From Corallochytrium limacisporum Hawaii (Eukaryota; Protista; Pluriformea), in the NCBI GenBank assembly GCA_002811645.1, contig PDIP01000010.1, positions 186,001-250,000 of the forward strand: 64,000 nt of DNA. Direction: 5' to 3'. The notes under the pieces are model-generated. The model did not search any database and was not told the origin of the DNA. It saw nothing but the letters and a program-made list of their open reading frames with translations. A program made the position numbers and the translations under genes. How positions within the stretch are numbered: position 1 is the first letter of the stretch; every line of letters begins with the position of its first letter. Below are positions 33,579 through 45,620 of the stretch, piece by piece.

Positions 33579-34716
33579 CCTGCAGACGTCGCCTTCTATC
33601 GTCCATTTGTGATTATAAATTTCTTCCTGTTATAGGCCCTGAACCTTAGATCCCTGAACTAGCTTGGCCGACTTAACGTCAAACTGCCAGTCTGTGCTCA
33701 TGCAGCAACCGATGAGACCCGTAGACTTAAATTATCCGCGCCGAAAACTCTTAAACGTCCGTATGTATAATTAATGGAAAGTTCGCTCTTTGCTTCCACC
33801 GCCTTTAGCCAAGGGACACACACCTACGCAGACATGGGGGACCAAAGTGCTCAAAGGACGTCTCAAAGCAATGTTTTCGATATGTCATTTACACATTATC
33901 TCAATAATACGATTGTACTTGAGTATTAAATATGGCAATATAATCTGGCAATGCGAACCCCTTGGAACAAACAGAAGTGCTCCCCCACCGTAAACAAAAC
34001 TTTCCCCAGGGACCCATTCTTTTTCTGTTCACATCAGCTTCCATACTGAACCTCCGAGGGAGGGCGGTCTTAGTACGGTAGCACCCAGCAGTATCGAGGC
34101 AGAGAGACGAACGGCACACGGGGCAAGAAAGTTTCCCAAGCAAGAAGACACATGGGGCGTGCGGTGTGTTTGCATTGCAGGCACCACTTCGACTTACGAC
34201 GCGGTTCCTGCCATACAAAGCGGGCTGGGAGACTTCCGCAAGGGACTGGTAGCAAAACAAAGTTCAGGAGACCATGGGCGCTCAGTAGGTGTACCAATGG
34301 GGGGTTTCATCACTTGAGACAGCAGAGGCGGTCCACCTCACGGCGGGCTGGGAGATCGCAGTGTTTATTTATGCGGTACACATCCATGTTCCGGGTACTA
34401 TGATAACAAATAATATAGGAGACACGCAGGCAATGAAGTGGTTTGACTCTCTAAGGGCACACGGCAGTGCAGTGAGCTTTTGAACTGCCTTCGGAACCAC
34501 TTGGCAGAACACGCTTGATCTCCTCCTCTCCATTTTTGAAAGGTGCGCGCTGTGACATTTATTTTTTTCCACCAATTGTACACTCTATGTGCGATAACAT
34601 TCTACAACCATGCGAAAGATTTTTAGGAGGTATTAAACGATTGCATATCCAGAACTGTCGAAAATAAACGAATCTATGAATACTATCTGCGGGAACTAAT
34701 CTTACAAGTAGTAACA

Positions 34717-36537
34717 ATGTTGGGCCGCTTGATGCTTACGCGGGGACGGCCGGCCGCTGCCTTCCAGCAGCTGGTCAAGCGCAATCTGCATACTAGCCGG
34801 GTTAGCCACAAACCTGAGGGCATGAACGCTGTGACAGCCTACCAGTACCCTCAGAGTCTGTACGCTCTCCCACCCACAGAGATCACCACTCTGGGAAACG
34901 GGCTTCGCATTGCCACCGAATCCACCGCCAGCGAGACTTGTACCGTCGGTGTTTTCATTCTTACCGGTTCTCGGGTCGAGACCCCTGAGAACAACGGTGT
35001 CGCTCACTTCCTAGAGCACATGGCTTTTAAGGGAACTAACAGTCGTTCTCAGCAGGACATTGAGCTCGAAGTTGAGAATATGGGTGCTCAACTCAATGCA
35101 TACACCAGTCGGGAGCAGACAACGTACATCGCACGGGGTTTCCGCAAAGATTCTGGCAAGATGATGGATGTCCTTGCTGATATTCTGCTGAACTCCAAAT
35201 ACGATCCTGCCAAGGTTGAGGCCGAGCGCGGCGTCATTCTGCGCGAGATGCAGGAAGTTGAGAGCAACCTGGACGAAGTTACCTTTGATTACCTCCATGC
35301 TACTGCCTATCAGGGCACTGGTATGGGCCTAACCATTTTGGGGCCGTCTGAGAACATTGAGAAGATCAGCCAGGCTGATATCCTGAACTACGTGAAGACC
35401 AACTACCTACCCTCTCGCATGGTCATCGTTGGTGCCGGTGGTGTTGAGCACAACGAACTGGTCAAGCTCGCTGAGAAGTATTTCGGTCATCTTCCCCCTT
35501 CCCAATCGGTAAGTATTCATTTTTCGTTTCATATCTTGTAGTGGTAAGCATCTTGTGACAGAAAAGGGTATGTGGGTAAGTTTTGGTAGAGGAGTTGTGG
35601 TGCGCTCTACTGCGCGGCCACACCATGTACGTGATGATGGAATACCATTAGTCTTGCTTACACAGTCATGGGGAGACTTGCCTATACCTATACCATATTT
35701 GCACGTCAGTCTGATACATGTTGGGCCAGCAAGATGCCATCCAACTCTTCCCGCTTCCTCTAGTCACTCCAGAGCACTGTCACAGTCACAGGAATGCTTC
35801 TCTTTTTGCCAAAGTCATTTTTCGTGGATAGTCATGCTAACATGTTTTGTGCTTTCTTTCGTTTCTTTTTTGAGCAGGCTCCTGAGGTGTCTCCCGCCAA
35901 GTACACCGGTTCTGATGTTCGCGTTCGGGACGACGATGTCGGCCGCTGCCACATTGCTCTGGCTGTTGAGGGTCCCTCTGTGGATTCCCCAAACTACTTC
36001 CCCATCATGGTTGCCAACTCCATCATCGGCAACTGGGACCGAAGCTACGGAGGTGGCGCCAACTTGAGCTCCAAGCTGGCTCGTGCTGTGGCTCAGGGTA
36101 ACCTTGCCCATAGCTACAATCACTTCTTTGCTCCTTACAAGGACACTGGTCTGTTCGGTATGCACATGATCTGCGATCCTGTCGGCATCGATGACATGTT
36201 CTTCGCCGTCCAGAATGAGTGGATGCGCCTATGCACCGAAATCTCTGAGGCAGAAGTTGCCCGCGGCAAGCAGCAGCTGAAGGCTGCCCTGCTGATGTCT
36301 CTGGATGACACCGTCTCCATCGCTGAGGATATTGGCCGCCAGGTGCTCTTCTACGGTCGCCGTCTGCCTCCTGCAGAGCTGGACGCCCGAATTGAGGCTA
36401 TTGATGCCGATGTGATCAAGGAGGTTTGCACTGAGTACATCTTCGACGCAGACCCCGTTGTCTCTGCCGTCGGCAACGTCGAGGGTGTGCCTGACTACAA
36501 CCGTATCAAGTCTGGTCAGCGTTGGCTGCGATACTAA
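34717..36537 (+). CDS. PMPCB: Mitochondrial processing peptidase beta / complex III core 1; exons 34717-35508 and 35878-36537
   Basis: Arg-rich presequence; GVAHFLEHMAFKGT, LNAYTSREQT, EDIGRQ; phase-0 in-frame join. Confidence 0.95.
35509..35877 (+). other. Spliceosomal intron (369 nt) hosting a snoRNA
   Basis: GTAAGT donor; TGCTAAC 35835-35841; pyrimidine tract; CAG acceptor. Confidence 0.93.
35624..35720 (+). ncRNA. Intronic box C/D snoRNA, probably snR72-like (LSU rRNA A equivalent to yeast Am876)
   Basis: Terminal stem CATGTA/TACATG; box C GTGATGA 35631-35637; box D CTGA 35711-35714; 13-nt guide ATTTGCACGTCAG 35697-35709 antisense to conserved LSU CUGACGUGCAAAU. Confidence 0.88.
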
Positions 36538-36736
36538 ATCATTTGAAGGACAGCATAGTCTCAATAGAACCACAACATCATGTTTCATAATTACAGGTAA
36601 CGGAGTTTCTTGTTTTGCTGTAGCAATCAATCAGTGTAAGACAGCCGTTCAATTTGCGTTTTGAGTTCCACACTGAGCTATCTGTCACATGTCTGCTCGC
36701 CACAGGGACATGAGTGTATTGATTCTGCTCCCGCCT

Positions 36737-36760
36737 GGGTGGGGAGAGGGGTAGGGGGGG
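36737..36760 (+). other. Canonical G-quadruplex motif upstream of the RMI1-like gene
   Basis: GGG T GGGG AGA GGGG TA GGGGGGG. Confidence 0.6.
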
Positions 36761-36979
36761 ACTGTCTACTTGGCGCGAAATTTTTGTATTGGCGCTGTTG
36801 GGAGCTGGTATTCCAATTCTGTCGTTCAGACGGTCTCAACGTTTCCCCTAGACACTCCTCCAGTGGACTTGACGCAACAACACTCGCAATAACAGCAAAA
36901 CCAATACATTGCTAACAACAAGAAATAGGATCAACAAAAAGGTTTTGGTGAAGGAAAGAGTGAGGTATGTGATTTGGGG

Positions 36980-38281
36980 ATGATGCCCGGAGTTGAAGTA
37001 GGAAAGATCAAACAGGGATTTGCAAAGGCAGGCCTCGGTGTGGTTAACACACAAACCAGACAGGGATGGTTCGAAGAGAAAGCTCGGGAATACGGATCAC
37101 GAGACATCTTGTTCGAACGCGTATACAATGATTGGCTTAATGAAAGTATCAGCAATCTCAGAAACTGCAGTGGGACCAACACAGACTTAGAAAAGGCGAA
37201 ATCATCACCGATTCCAACGACATATAACGGGAAGATCTTGGTGGAGATCATAGATGCGTTCCCTGCAAACACTAGCGCTATGAGTGAACTCGAAATCCTT
37301 CGCCAGGCCACCATTGCGGATTCAAAGTATACGATTATTCGGTCAAACGAACAAGGGATGTCGGAGGACGACGAGAATGACCACAGTAATACAGAGGCAA
37401 AGTACGGGGCATTCGAAAGCCGAACCGCAACAATTGCTTTGAAGGTCACTGACGGTGCATCAGTCTTCTTATGTCTCTGTACTCAGCACGTGGAGACTTT
37501 GTCAACATTACTCCGGCCCCAGTGCAAGCTGATCATCTCATCCCCAACATTTAGTCGAGAGGTTGCTATGATCGATCCCTCTAACACGAAGGTTCTTGCC
37601 CCCGCACCGCCATCGGGGAAAAACACGGTGCGTAACATTTACAAGAAGATTTTGAAGAACCGTTTGGGGCTTTGCACAGACGAAGAACCGACGGTACCTG
37701 TTTCTCAGCCAGAGCGAGCTAGATCTCTTCGTGTCGCAGATCCCGTTGATATTCAACCAAGCATTGGTGTGACAGAGGTGGACAACAAACCATCTCTATC
37801 GCAGTCGATCATCAGACCGCGAGCAATAACAACCACCACGGCGGAGATGACAGGGGCATTGACTTTCGCAGAGATGGCGGAGGTGGCGGAGGTGGCCGCC
37901 CTTGAGGAAGAAACAGAGGAGGAGGATGACCGTTTCCGCGACTCTAATTCTTATGATATTGAAAGGGATCGGACACTACCGACCATCACAGTTGCACAAA
38001 TTGCTCAAAACAGTTACATGATAAGAAGCTTCCCTGAGGGCAAAAGCTGTGTGAAGAATCTGAAGATAAAGAAGATCGTCGACAGTAAGGATGCCGCTGA
38101 CATGCTACCCAATCACATCCTCTGCGTATGTCATGACGGTACTAAAGGCCTTCGCGTGTGCGTGAACAGCTCCTGGCAGCACCTAGTCCGGAAAACGGGA
38201 ACAGCAGGCATTCAGTGGCGCATGAACGCAGATGGAGTCATGCTGTCTCCCGTCCTGTTCAAGTTTGATCCAAGCGACTGA
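36980..38281 (+). CDS. Divergent RMI1-like OB-fold protein
   Basis: VYNDWLNESISNL and IALKVTDG...LRPQCKLII resemble the RMI1 N-terminal helical and OB1 motifs; first ATG at 36980. Confidence 0.6.
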   Translation: MMPGVEVGKIKQGFAKAGLGVVNTQTRQGWFEEKAREYGSRDILFERVYNDWLNESISNLRNCSGTNTDLEKAKSSPIPTTYNGKILVEIIDAFPANTSAMSELEILRQATIADSKYTIIRSNEQGMSEDDENDHSNTEAKYGAFESRTATIALKVTDGASVFLCLCTQHVETLSTLLRPQCKLIISSPTFSREVAMIDPSNTKVLAPAPPSGKNTVRNIYKKILKNRLGLCTDEEPTVPVSQPERARSLRVADPVDIQPSIGVTEVDNKPSLSQSIIRPRAITTTTAEMTGALTFAEMAEVAEVAALEEETEEEDDRFRDSNSYDIERDRTLPTITVAQIAQNSYMIRSFPEGKSCVKNLKIKKIVDSKDAADMLPNHILCVCHDGTKGLRVCVNSSWQHLVRKTGTAGIQWRMNADGVMLSPVLFKFDPSD

Positions 38282-40361
38282 AGAAATGTCGCACAATCGA
38301 CAGTTAAGGTCACAGTGTTCATCAGGTCCATAGATACAGCGCTAAAGAACATTTCCGTTACATATCTCTTCCGTTTCGTTGCTCTGAGAATAGTCCGAAG
38401 CCGTCTCACCTCGTCCCTTTGTGCCTTTGAAACCGCTGCTACCTCGGAAACAACGCAACTGTTGGATACCTTCCAGGAGCCCGGCAGGAACGCAAAGTCA
38501 CCTTCGCTCAAAGACCCTCTCTCTAATCAAAGCCAAAGACTCCAGAATGCAGGGCTGGAATTGAAGACCAATGCAAACGGTGACCCGGAAATTGGGGGGG
38601 ATCGATGTTTGGAGTGTGCAATCAGAATGCTGCTAGAGCGAAACATCCATTAGTTTCTGATTCAGAGTAACAAACTCCACAAAGTGGAAGAAACTATGGT
38701 CATTTGTATCCCGCTACTTTGTTCCCAAATTTATCCCTCAGCCCTAATTTGATCACGATACATATGTTTGTCCCTATGAAATCGAATCACAATTCATTTC
38801 CCGTCGCTAGAACATATTACAATCACCTTGGCCACCAAACAGTGGTTCCAATATCGTATCCATTGGAATCTGTGATGATACGCATGCAATTTATGGTTGA
38901 CCTATTTACTCAGTTAAACCCGCGTAAACTACATGTAACCAACGATAATTAATTCACTCACTCCCTTCTTAGAATGTCAAAATCATCCCGCTGTGGTGGA
39001 TTATGTTATTGATACATGAATCCTATCATTAGACACTCTGATCTGGAGAGAGTGATTAGAATAAAGCATTAGTATGCACAACTTGAATATTCTGATTGAA
39101 TTACAGCGTTCAGTTTGCGAGCTCATTCAATTTAATTGGGAAGCAATTGGATTGAGTTCGACAAACATATCCGAAACTATACCGACTATGCACTGAGTCA
39201 AAAAGTAACCAAAGCTTTTGTTGCAGGTTAATATAGCAAAGTTCACATTGGCCTTAATTTTTGTCTGGCACGGTAGATCTTTCTTCTTGAATCGCACCTC
39301 ATGCAGTATACAGAACCAACCATGAAGGTTACCCAAGCCCTGTGTTTGCGCTGTATTCTTCCTATTGAACTCACTCACACAACATTTAGGTGATGAAGGC
39401 AAACAGTTTGTGCTCAAATTGTGATTGAATTAGTTTTGTAGGACGAAGAGGATCATCTGTAGCGACACGCTTTGAGGCATCTCCCTCCCAAACCTCCGCT
39501 GAATTACAATTCTCGATTGGAGTTTGGTGAGAGGTTGGGGAAACCCACTACGAACCGGACGCCTGGTGCTGCTGGAAATCCCCTGATGATAGTTCGTTCA
39601 CCAGATACCCAACAAATTCCCCCCCTCCACTCCCACTCCCGTATCACAAAGGCACAAGAGACGTGGACACTTTCAACCTGCCGCAGCTGCGAACGAACAA
39701 GAGGAAAGTAAGACTGACAAGCCAAGATACCACCAATTTGCAATTGCCATGGGACGCCTTGGGTTTTACGGTTTAAAATACAGTTGCAAAGTAAGAGAAC
39801 GGCTTGGTTTCGTGAAACGGCCCTCAAATGAGTTCATGAACTGCTTCTATCATGTAACGTATGTGAGTTTACGCGTTACAAACTGAGGGTTTGTGTGCAG
39901 GCCTGTATAGAGTCGTTGGGGAGATAAGCCAATGTTAATGCACAAAGCATTCTTGTCTCCAAAGGATACTCTGTCCTGTGCCAAAGGGGAGCCACAACAT
40001 GGCGAAAGCCAGACAGCCCCCAGAGCCGCTCGCCGACCCTACCCGTCCTCAGCACCTCGTCCGATCCCTCTCATCGATTCTCCGTGCGTACTTCGCAAAG
40101 GAGGAGTCAAATATAGGATTCGACGCCACAGATCATTCGAATGCCTAGTCTCATTAATTGCAAGCAAACTGATGCGTCTGGGACACTGGAAGCTTATGGG
40201 CAGGTTTGACATAGGACGGTACATGAGGATCTCGACTGATTCGACCAGAACCTGTAACAAACGTGACGTCCAATGCACTCATTCCGTTGACTCGGAGAAT
40301 GTCTCCAACAGAGCAGGGAAGCATGACTGCAGGTTGACGGTACACCAATTTGTAAAGAAAC

Positions 40362-43310
40362 ATGAGGCGGTCGAATTCACCGCCGAAAAGTTGTGGTATG
40401 AGGCGTGCCAATGCGTCTTACTCATCACCAAGTCGACAGGGACTGTACAGCGCTCATAATTCGCTAAGTATGAGCATGACAAGTGATCGTGGCTTGCGGA
40501 ATACTATGCACGCTTCCGCCAGATTTGGCCCAGGAAACCCTCTTAATCGAATTAGAGTCCCGAAACGGCATGAATTTGGCACTACCACGGGGTTTCCGGG
40601 TATGAAACCCTCATTGCCAGACATTGCGGGGAGTACGGAAGACTTTGCCAGGACATTGCATGCGCCAAGAACGAACCGTAGGGGCAGTATATCGGCGGAC
40701 CACGTTTCTGTGGTTGCACCCTTGATCCGAAACCACTATGGCGGTCTTAATGGAAACGACTCAGACAGCTTCGACTATGATGACTTTGGGGACGACAATC
40801 ACTTGGGGTCCGTCGACGCACCGTCGGGTAATCTAATTAACAGTATTTCTTTTGCCGACCCCATGTTCATGGGGTTTGGGCAGCAGGGCCGTCTCTTACA
40901 CAGCATGAATGCTGGTGGAGGTCTAAGCCCAGAGAATGGTCCGAGGTCTGACTCACCTCTTTTCTCACCGAGCCTAAATCTGGCAGGAAGTTTCTCGTTT
41001 GGTCACCCTGGATTTGCGGGCACCGCGGGCAATGTTCGGAGTCCTTTCAAGGCTTTACTAACTTTGAATGCCAACAAAGAGGTTCTTATGGGTAACGAAC
41101 AAGCAGTAGAGCTATTCGGGTACCGCACGAGTGAGGAATTAGTCGGCAAGCGCATTTCAGAGCTATTTAGTTCCAAAGATGCCAGCAAGTATTCATTGGT
41201 AGTAGATCAATATGTGAAGCGGGACGGAGAGATGGTGGTCATGAATGGCAAGATTGTCGACGCGATTGATGTGGAGGGATGTGTAATTCCTGTGAGTGTA
41301 TGGTTGAAGAAGAGCGAGGACGATGATGAGGCCCGATTCGTCATGATTCTGGAACGCGTCATGCGAAAGGAAGCAACTGTCCTCATAGACCTGGACGGCA
41401 ATATCATTGCAACCAGTGGTGACTTCCCAGAGCTTTTTGGCCGTTATGGAGGGGACGAATTGTCAATGATTGGCTGTCACATATCGCAGTTCATGCCCAA
41501 TCTAGACATACCTGACAATGCTGTAATTGATGGCGAGGCGGCTATTCCCTTTCAGATGCGGAAGCAGCATGTCAGTGGTAGAACAGAGGATGAAGTAGTT
41601 TTCCCTCTGGCGGCACACCTAGAATTGCATACCGGAGGGGAGCCGCAGATCGAAGTAAGAATTCGTGTCTATGCAAACATTTCCGGCATGATCTGCTTCG
41701 ATGACCATGGAGAAATTGTGAGCACCAACCCGCACTTCGTTCAGATTCTTTTTGGTTTCCGTCAAAATGAGATTGTGGGGAGGAATATCGCCTACATTCT
41801 ACCGAATCTCTTCGAAGTAGCTGAAGCTGAAAGTTTGGTACCAGAAGACAAACCGACGGGATTGGGAAACAGTCAATGGCGTAGCATTGAGGATTTGGAC
41901 ATTACCGCCAGTGGATCTGCCATTGAAGTGCGTAATGATCGAACTGAGCATCCAATTGACCTGCCGGAGGGTCTATATCTGATTGATGGCAAACATCGGG
42001 ATGGTACCATGCTGCCTCTGGTCATTCAGACGAAGAAACTGCCATCCAATGAGTCAAGGACCCTCTATGCAGCATGGATAAGTCGAGACCCTTGTAGTCC
42101 AGATGACGAAGCCTTTGTTGACACGATGGCCTCTATTGATCTCAACAAAAGTGATAGTTTGTCGCCGCCCATAGGTGCCAAGAAAGCAAACGCTAGTGAG
42201 CTTCCAGCCGGTCCGCAGTCGGGACAGAACCCTCTTGAAGCAATCAAGGACCTGCCGAAGCCAGGCCAGCTCGTTGATACCGCTGCCTTTGAGGCTAAGG
42301 GGCCGGATATTGGTGAATTCCAGAAGCATTACAAGACTTTGCAGCAGATTGGAAAGGGAGCCTTTGGGTTCGTGAAGATGGCTATGAGCTATGCCACAGA
42401 GGAAGAAGTGGTGGTCAAATACATTCAAAAGGAGAAGGTGCTACAGGACTGCTGGGTGGATGATGAGAAGTTTGGACGATTGCCTCTGGAAGTGTCTATT
42501 CTACGAGGTCTAGACCATCCCAACATCGTTAAGCTTCTCGATGTCTTTCAGAATGATAACTTTTTCCAAATGGTGATGCAAAGGCATGGTCCAGGATATG
42601 ATCTATTTGAGTTCATCGATGACAATCCAGACATGCCTGAAACAACTGCCTGCTACATTTTCAGGCAGATTGTGTCCGGTGTGGCATATTTGCACAGTAA
42701 CAATATTGTTCATCGGGATGTCAAGGACGAGAACGTAATTCTTGACGAATTCTATAACATTAAGCTAATCGATTTTGGGTCGGCAGCCTACATGGAACCG
42801 GGCAAACTCTTCAGCACCTTCTGCGGCACACTTGAGTATTGCAGTCCGGAGGTTCTCTTGGGCAACAAGTACCCAGGACCTGAACTGGAAATTTGGTCAC
42901 TAGGTGTCACGCTCTACACCATCATCTTTGGTGAGAATCCTTTCTACGACGTCGATGAGTCCATCACTGGGCGCATTGATCCCCCGTTTGAGGTAAGTCC
43001 GTCGTGCATGAACCTCATCAGTGCGATGCTCACGGTGGATCCTAAGAAGCGGGCCATGATGGTGGAGATTGAGGCCCACCCGTGGATCACACAGGAGGTA
43101 GAACCACCGAGGGGCAAACTTGGTCCTGCGAATCATCAACCAGCGGAACAACCCTTGACCAACAGCCCTATGCTCCTCAGGCAGAGTGGAGACAAGATGC
43201 AAACCCTTGGCGGGGTCCGGGAGGACAATGATGAGCTGTCAGTGGGATCCGGTATAGGTGGTGAGGACGATCATACCAATGTGGTAGATGCCGTACAAAA
43301 ACTCGTGTAA
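40362..43310 (+). CDS. PASK: PAS domain-containing Ser/Thr kinase (true start may be 40470/40476)
   Basis: PAS-like repeats, then IGKGAFGFV, VVVKYIQKEKVLQDCW, HRDVKDENV, DFGSAAY, TFCGTLEYCSPE, GPELEIWSLG. Confidence 0.93.
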   Translation: MRRSNSPPKSCGMRRANASYSSPSRQGLYSAHNSLSMSMTSDRGLRNTMHASARFGPGNPLNRIRVPKRHEFGTTTGFPGMKPSLPDIAGSTEDFARTLHAPRTNRRGSISADHVSVVAPLIRNHYGGLNGNDSDSFDYDDFGDDNHLGSVDAPSGNLINSISFADPMFMGFGQQGRLLHSMNAGGGLSPENGPRSDSPLFSPSLNLAGSFSFGHPGFAGTAGNVRSPFKALLTLNANKEVLMGNEQAVELFGYRTSEELVGKRISELFSSKDASKYSLVVDQYVKRDGEMVVMNGKIVDAIDVEGCVIPVSVWLKKSEDDDEARFVMILERVMRKEATVLIDLDGNIIATSGDFPELFGRYGGDELSMIGCHISQFMPNLDIPDNAVIDGEAAIPFQMRKQHVSGRTEDEVVFPLAAHLELHTGGEPQIEVRIRVYANISGMICFDDHGEIVSTNPHFVQILFGFRQNEIVGRNIAYILPNLFEVAEAESLVPEDKPTGLGNSQWRSIEDLDITASGSAIEVRNDRTEHPIDLPEGLYLIDGKHRDGTMLPLVIQTKKLPSNESRTLYAAWISRDPCSPDDEAFVDTMASIDLNKSDSLSPPIGAKKANASELPAGPQSGQNPLEAIKDLPKPGQLVDTAAFEAKGPDIGEFQKHYKTLQQIGKGAFGFVKMAMSYATEEEVVVKYIQKEKVLQDCWVDDEKFGRLPLEVSILRGLDHPNIVKLLDVFQNDNFFQMVMQRHGPGYDLFEFIDDNPDMPETTACYIFRQIVSGVAYLHSNNIVHRDVKDENVILDEFYNIKLIDFGSAAYMEPGKLFSTFCGTLEYCSPEVLLGNKYPGPELEIWSLGVTLYTIIFGENPFYDVDESITGRIDPPFEVSPSCMNLISAMLTVDPKKRAMMVEIEAHPWITQEVEPPRGKLGPANHQPAEQPLTNSPMLLRQSGDKMQTLGGVREDNDELSVGSGIGGEDDHTNVVDAVQKLV

Positions 43311-45620
43311 ATTAAATTATCGTAACAATGAATCGCAAGAAGAACAGAACAGGGACCAGACATGCTACATACACTATGTTCTGGGGACTGTTCCTGCTGT
43401 GTTACGTTATCAATTCTCTCATCTGCCTTTTTGGCCCCCTCCAACCCCCTCCCGTTCTCCAGGTGGGGTAAAGGAGGGCCCGGTCTAGCGCGAGCCAGGG
43501 GGGGGTCCGCGCTTCCATCTTGGCCTGAGGGCAGCTGCTGTTTGCTACCACCGAGAGCCCGAACCTTCCCAGTATTCTTTCCGGCCTCACTATTCTCTGT
43601 GATCCAATGACCAATAGTAGCAAGGCCCCTCCCATTATGATCCTTGAAACGCTGCTGGCACTCGGACTATCGGTACCGAACGTTCTCGGACGCAAAATAA
43701 CGCCCGTCCCAATGAGATTGACCATTTCGGGCCACTGGGGGGCGGCCCTAGCGCCTGTGTACACTCACTTTTCCCTCCTCTCCCATGTATTTGCCCACAG
43801 AATCTCTAAACCAAAATGCTCGGAAGGCATTAATGGGTATATCGGAAAGCTTTTCCCAATCATCGAGAGCTATACCAGAGCTTTACGGAGCGATATGTAG
43901 ATCAACGACGAATGTAGCGTATGACCCATTATGTCAACGTTGGAGATCGAAAGGGAGGCTCGAAAGTCTCAATAGTCTTCAACCGGCTGGTAGTGTGTGC
44001 TAATGTAGGATAGCACGGAGAATTTTTTCTACCGAAGCGGTCAAGGCCGGGTAAAAAGTTCATACACTGGAACCGCAGAAACACTGTTGCGGAAAACCCA
44101 GTCCAGTTGCGAAGCTGTTTACAAGTGCCTGGTAGTGCTATCTCCGTTATGGCCAATTTTGGTGAAATCGTTCTGTGCACCCCGGATGGCTGGTCTTCCT
44201 TGTTGTCTGCAAACCACGCTGCAGAGCAACGGAGAGGGGACACGTTCCTATAGCTGGGTGCTTGTCGGACCCGACCATTGAATACGGTGCCTTGTGCGAT
44301 GCACGCCGGTTGCTGTCGCTGTTACCTTACAGAAAAATCGCAATCTACTTGTTGGTAAATTCCAAATGGTACTTTAGGTACCGTCTTCTATTCCATTGAT
44401 TCCTCAACCGAACAACTCAAGTCACCCATCAACAGAAAATTTGTTTTAAGCAGGGTATACGTTACTATTCAATTAGCGATACCTGCCTCTTGCAACAAAT
44501 ATGTCATACCTGTCCCCTTTTGTACACAAGACCGAAGTCGTTAGGTGGGGAAGCATCCAACAGCTTCCCTACGAATCTCGGCTCTTTCTAAATTGAAATG
44601 TCCTCGTTTTTATTTGTGTTTCACTCCCGGCGCACTTCCAACTTTGCCGGTCTTGCCCAGAAAAGGTGTAGCGGTGAAATTGCTTACCATGTGAGAGTGT
44701 CTTAATACTGTGACTCCCTCGAAAAAAAAAAACATCCAAAGGACAGCCCAAAGGAAAACCGTCCGAGGTTGTAGTCACGAAACCCCCAATACACCCCCCC
44801 CCCCCGCGGGAAGGCGTCGCGGAGGGGGAGCGACGAGTGCACTGTGTCTTGCCTGGGAATGTAGACGTCGATGGCATCACAGATGCCAACGCCCGCACCA
44901 GGCCGTGCTCATATATCATGGACGGAGCTTTTTGTAAGTTGTCGGTACAGACTCAAAGTTGGCTTTTCCTTAGGTCCAACCGGGTTGGCCATCGCTCCCA
45001 GTGTGGTCTTCCGCCTATGAATAACCTGTCGATTTTTCCAGCGCTGGGGCGGAACTGTCGTTGCTGCTGAGAAGAATGCTGGGAGGAAAAAGATGAAAGG
45101 GAAGCATGGATACAGCGGGTGAGAGACCAGGAGAAAACGTATCCCACTGAGTGACTATGAGAGTGGAATCACCGTTTCACCAGAACCAAAAACGACTCCA
45201 TGACAAACGGGGAAAGGCGGAGCACTCGCAAACTCGCATTAGTTTCCGCTAGCTCGTTTTCGAGGCTATCGCAAAAGGAAACAATGAGTTAGAAACAGCG
45301 ACAACAGCTTCTTCTGTTGCATATCGTACATTCCTTATTTTCAAGAAATGAGGTTGTTGTAGATACACTTTGGTGCGATACTACGAAAGCGCTCGGGGTA
45401 TAAGAACCAAGCTAGGAGAGAATCAGAGACTATTAAAAGAGACCAAACTATCCCGTCTCCAATACTGTACAAAATAGCTTTTACATCGGGTGTGTGACTG
45501 CAGCGGGATATGATAATTTTGTGGTCCACAAGAACTTAGAGGAAGTGCACGAAGCACAGCTACGAAAAAGATATTTCGACTCGTTTGATACAACCGGTGA
45601 AGAACAGTTAATCAGAGACA

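Noticed and set aside
38212-38653. Short ORFs after the RMI1-like gene
   Set aside because: No motifs; non-ATG starts
39583-39620. CTGATGA hammerhead-like core
   Set aside because: No stem II followed by GAAA
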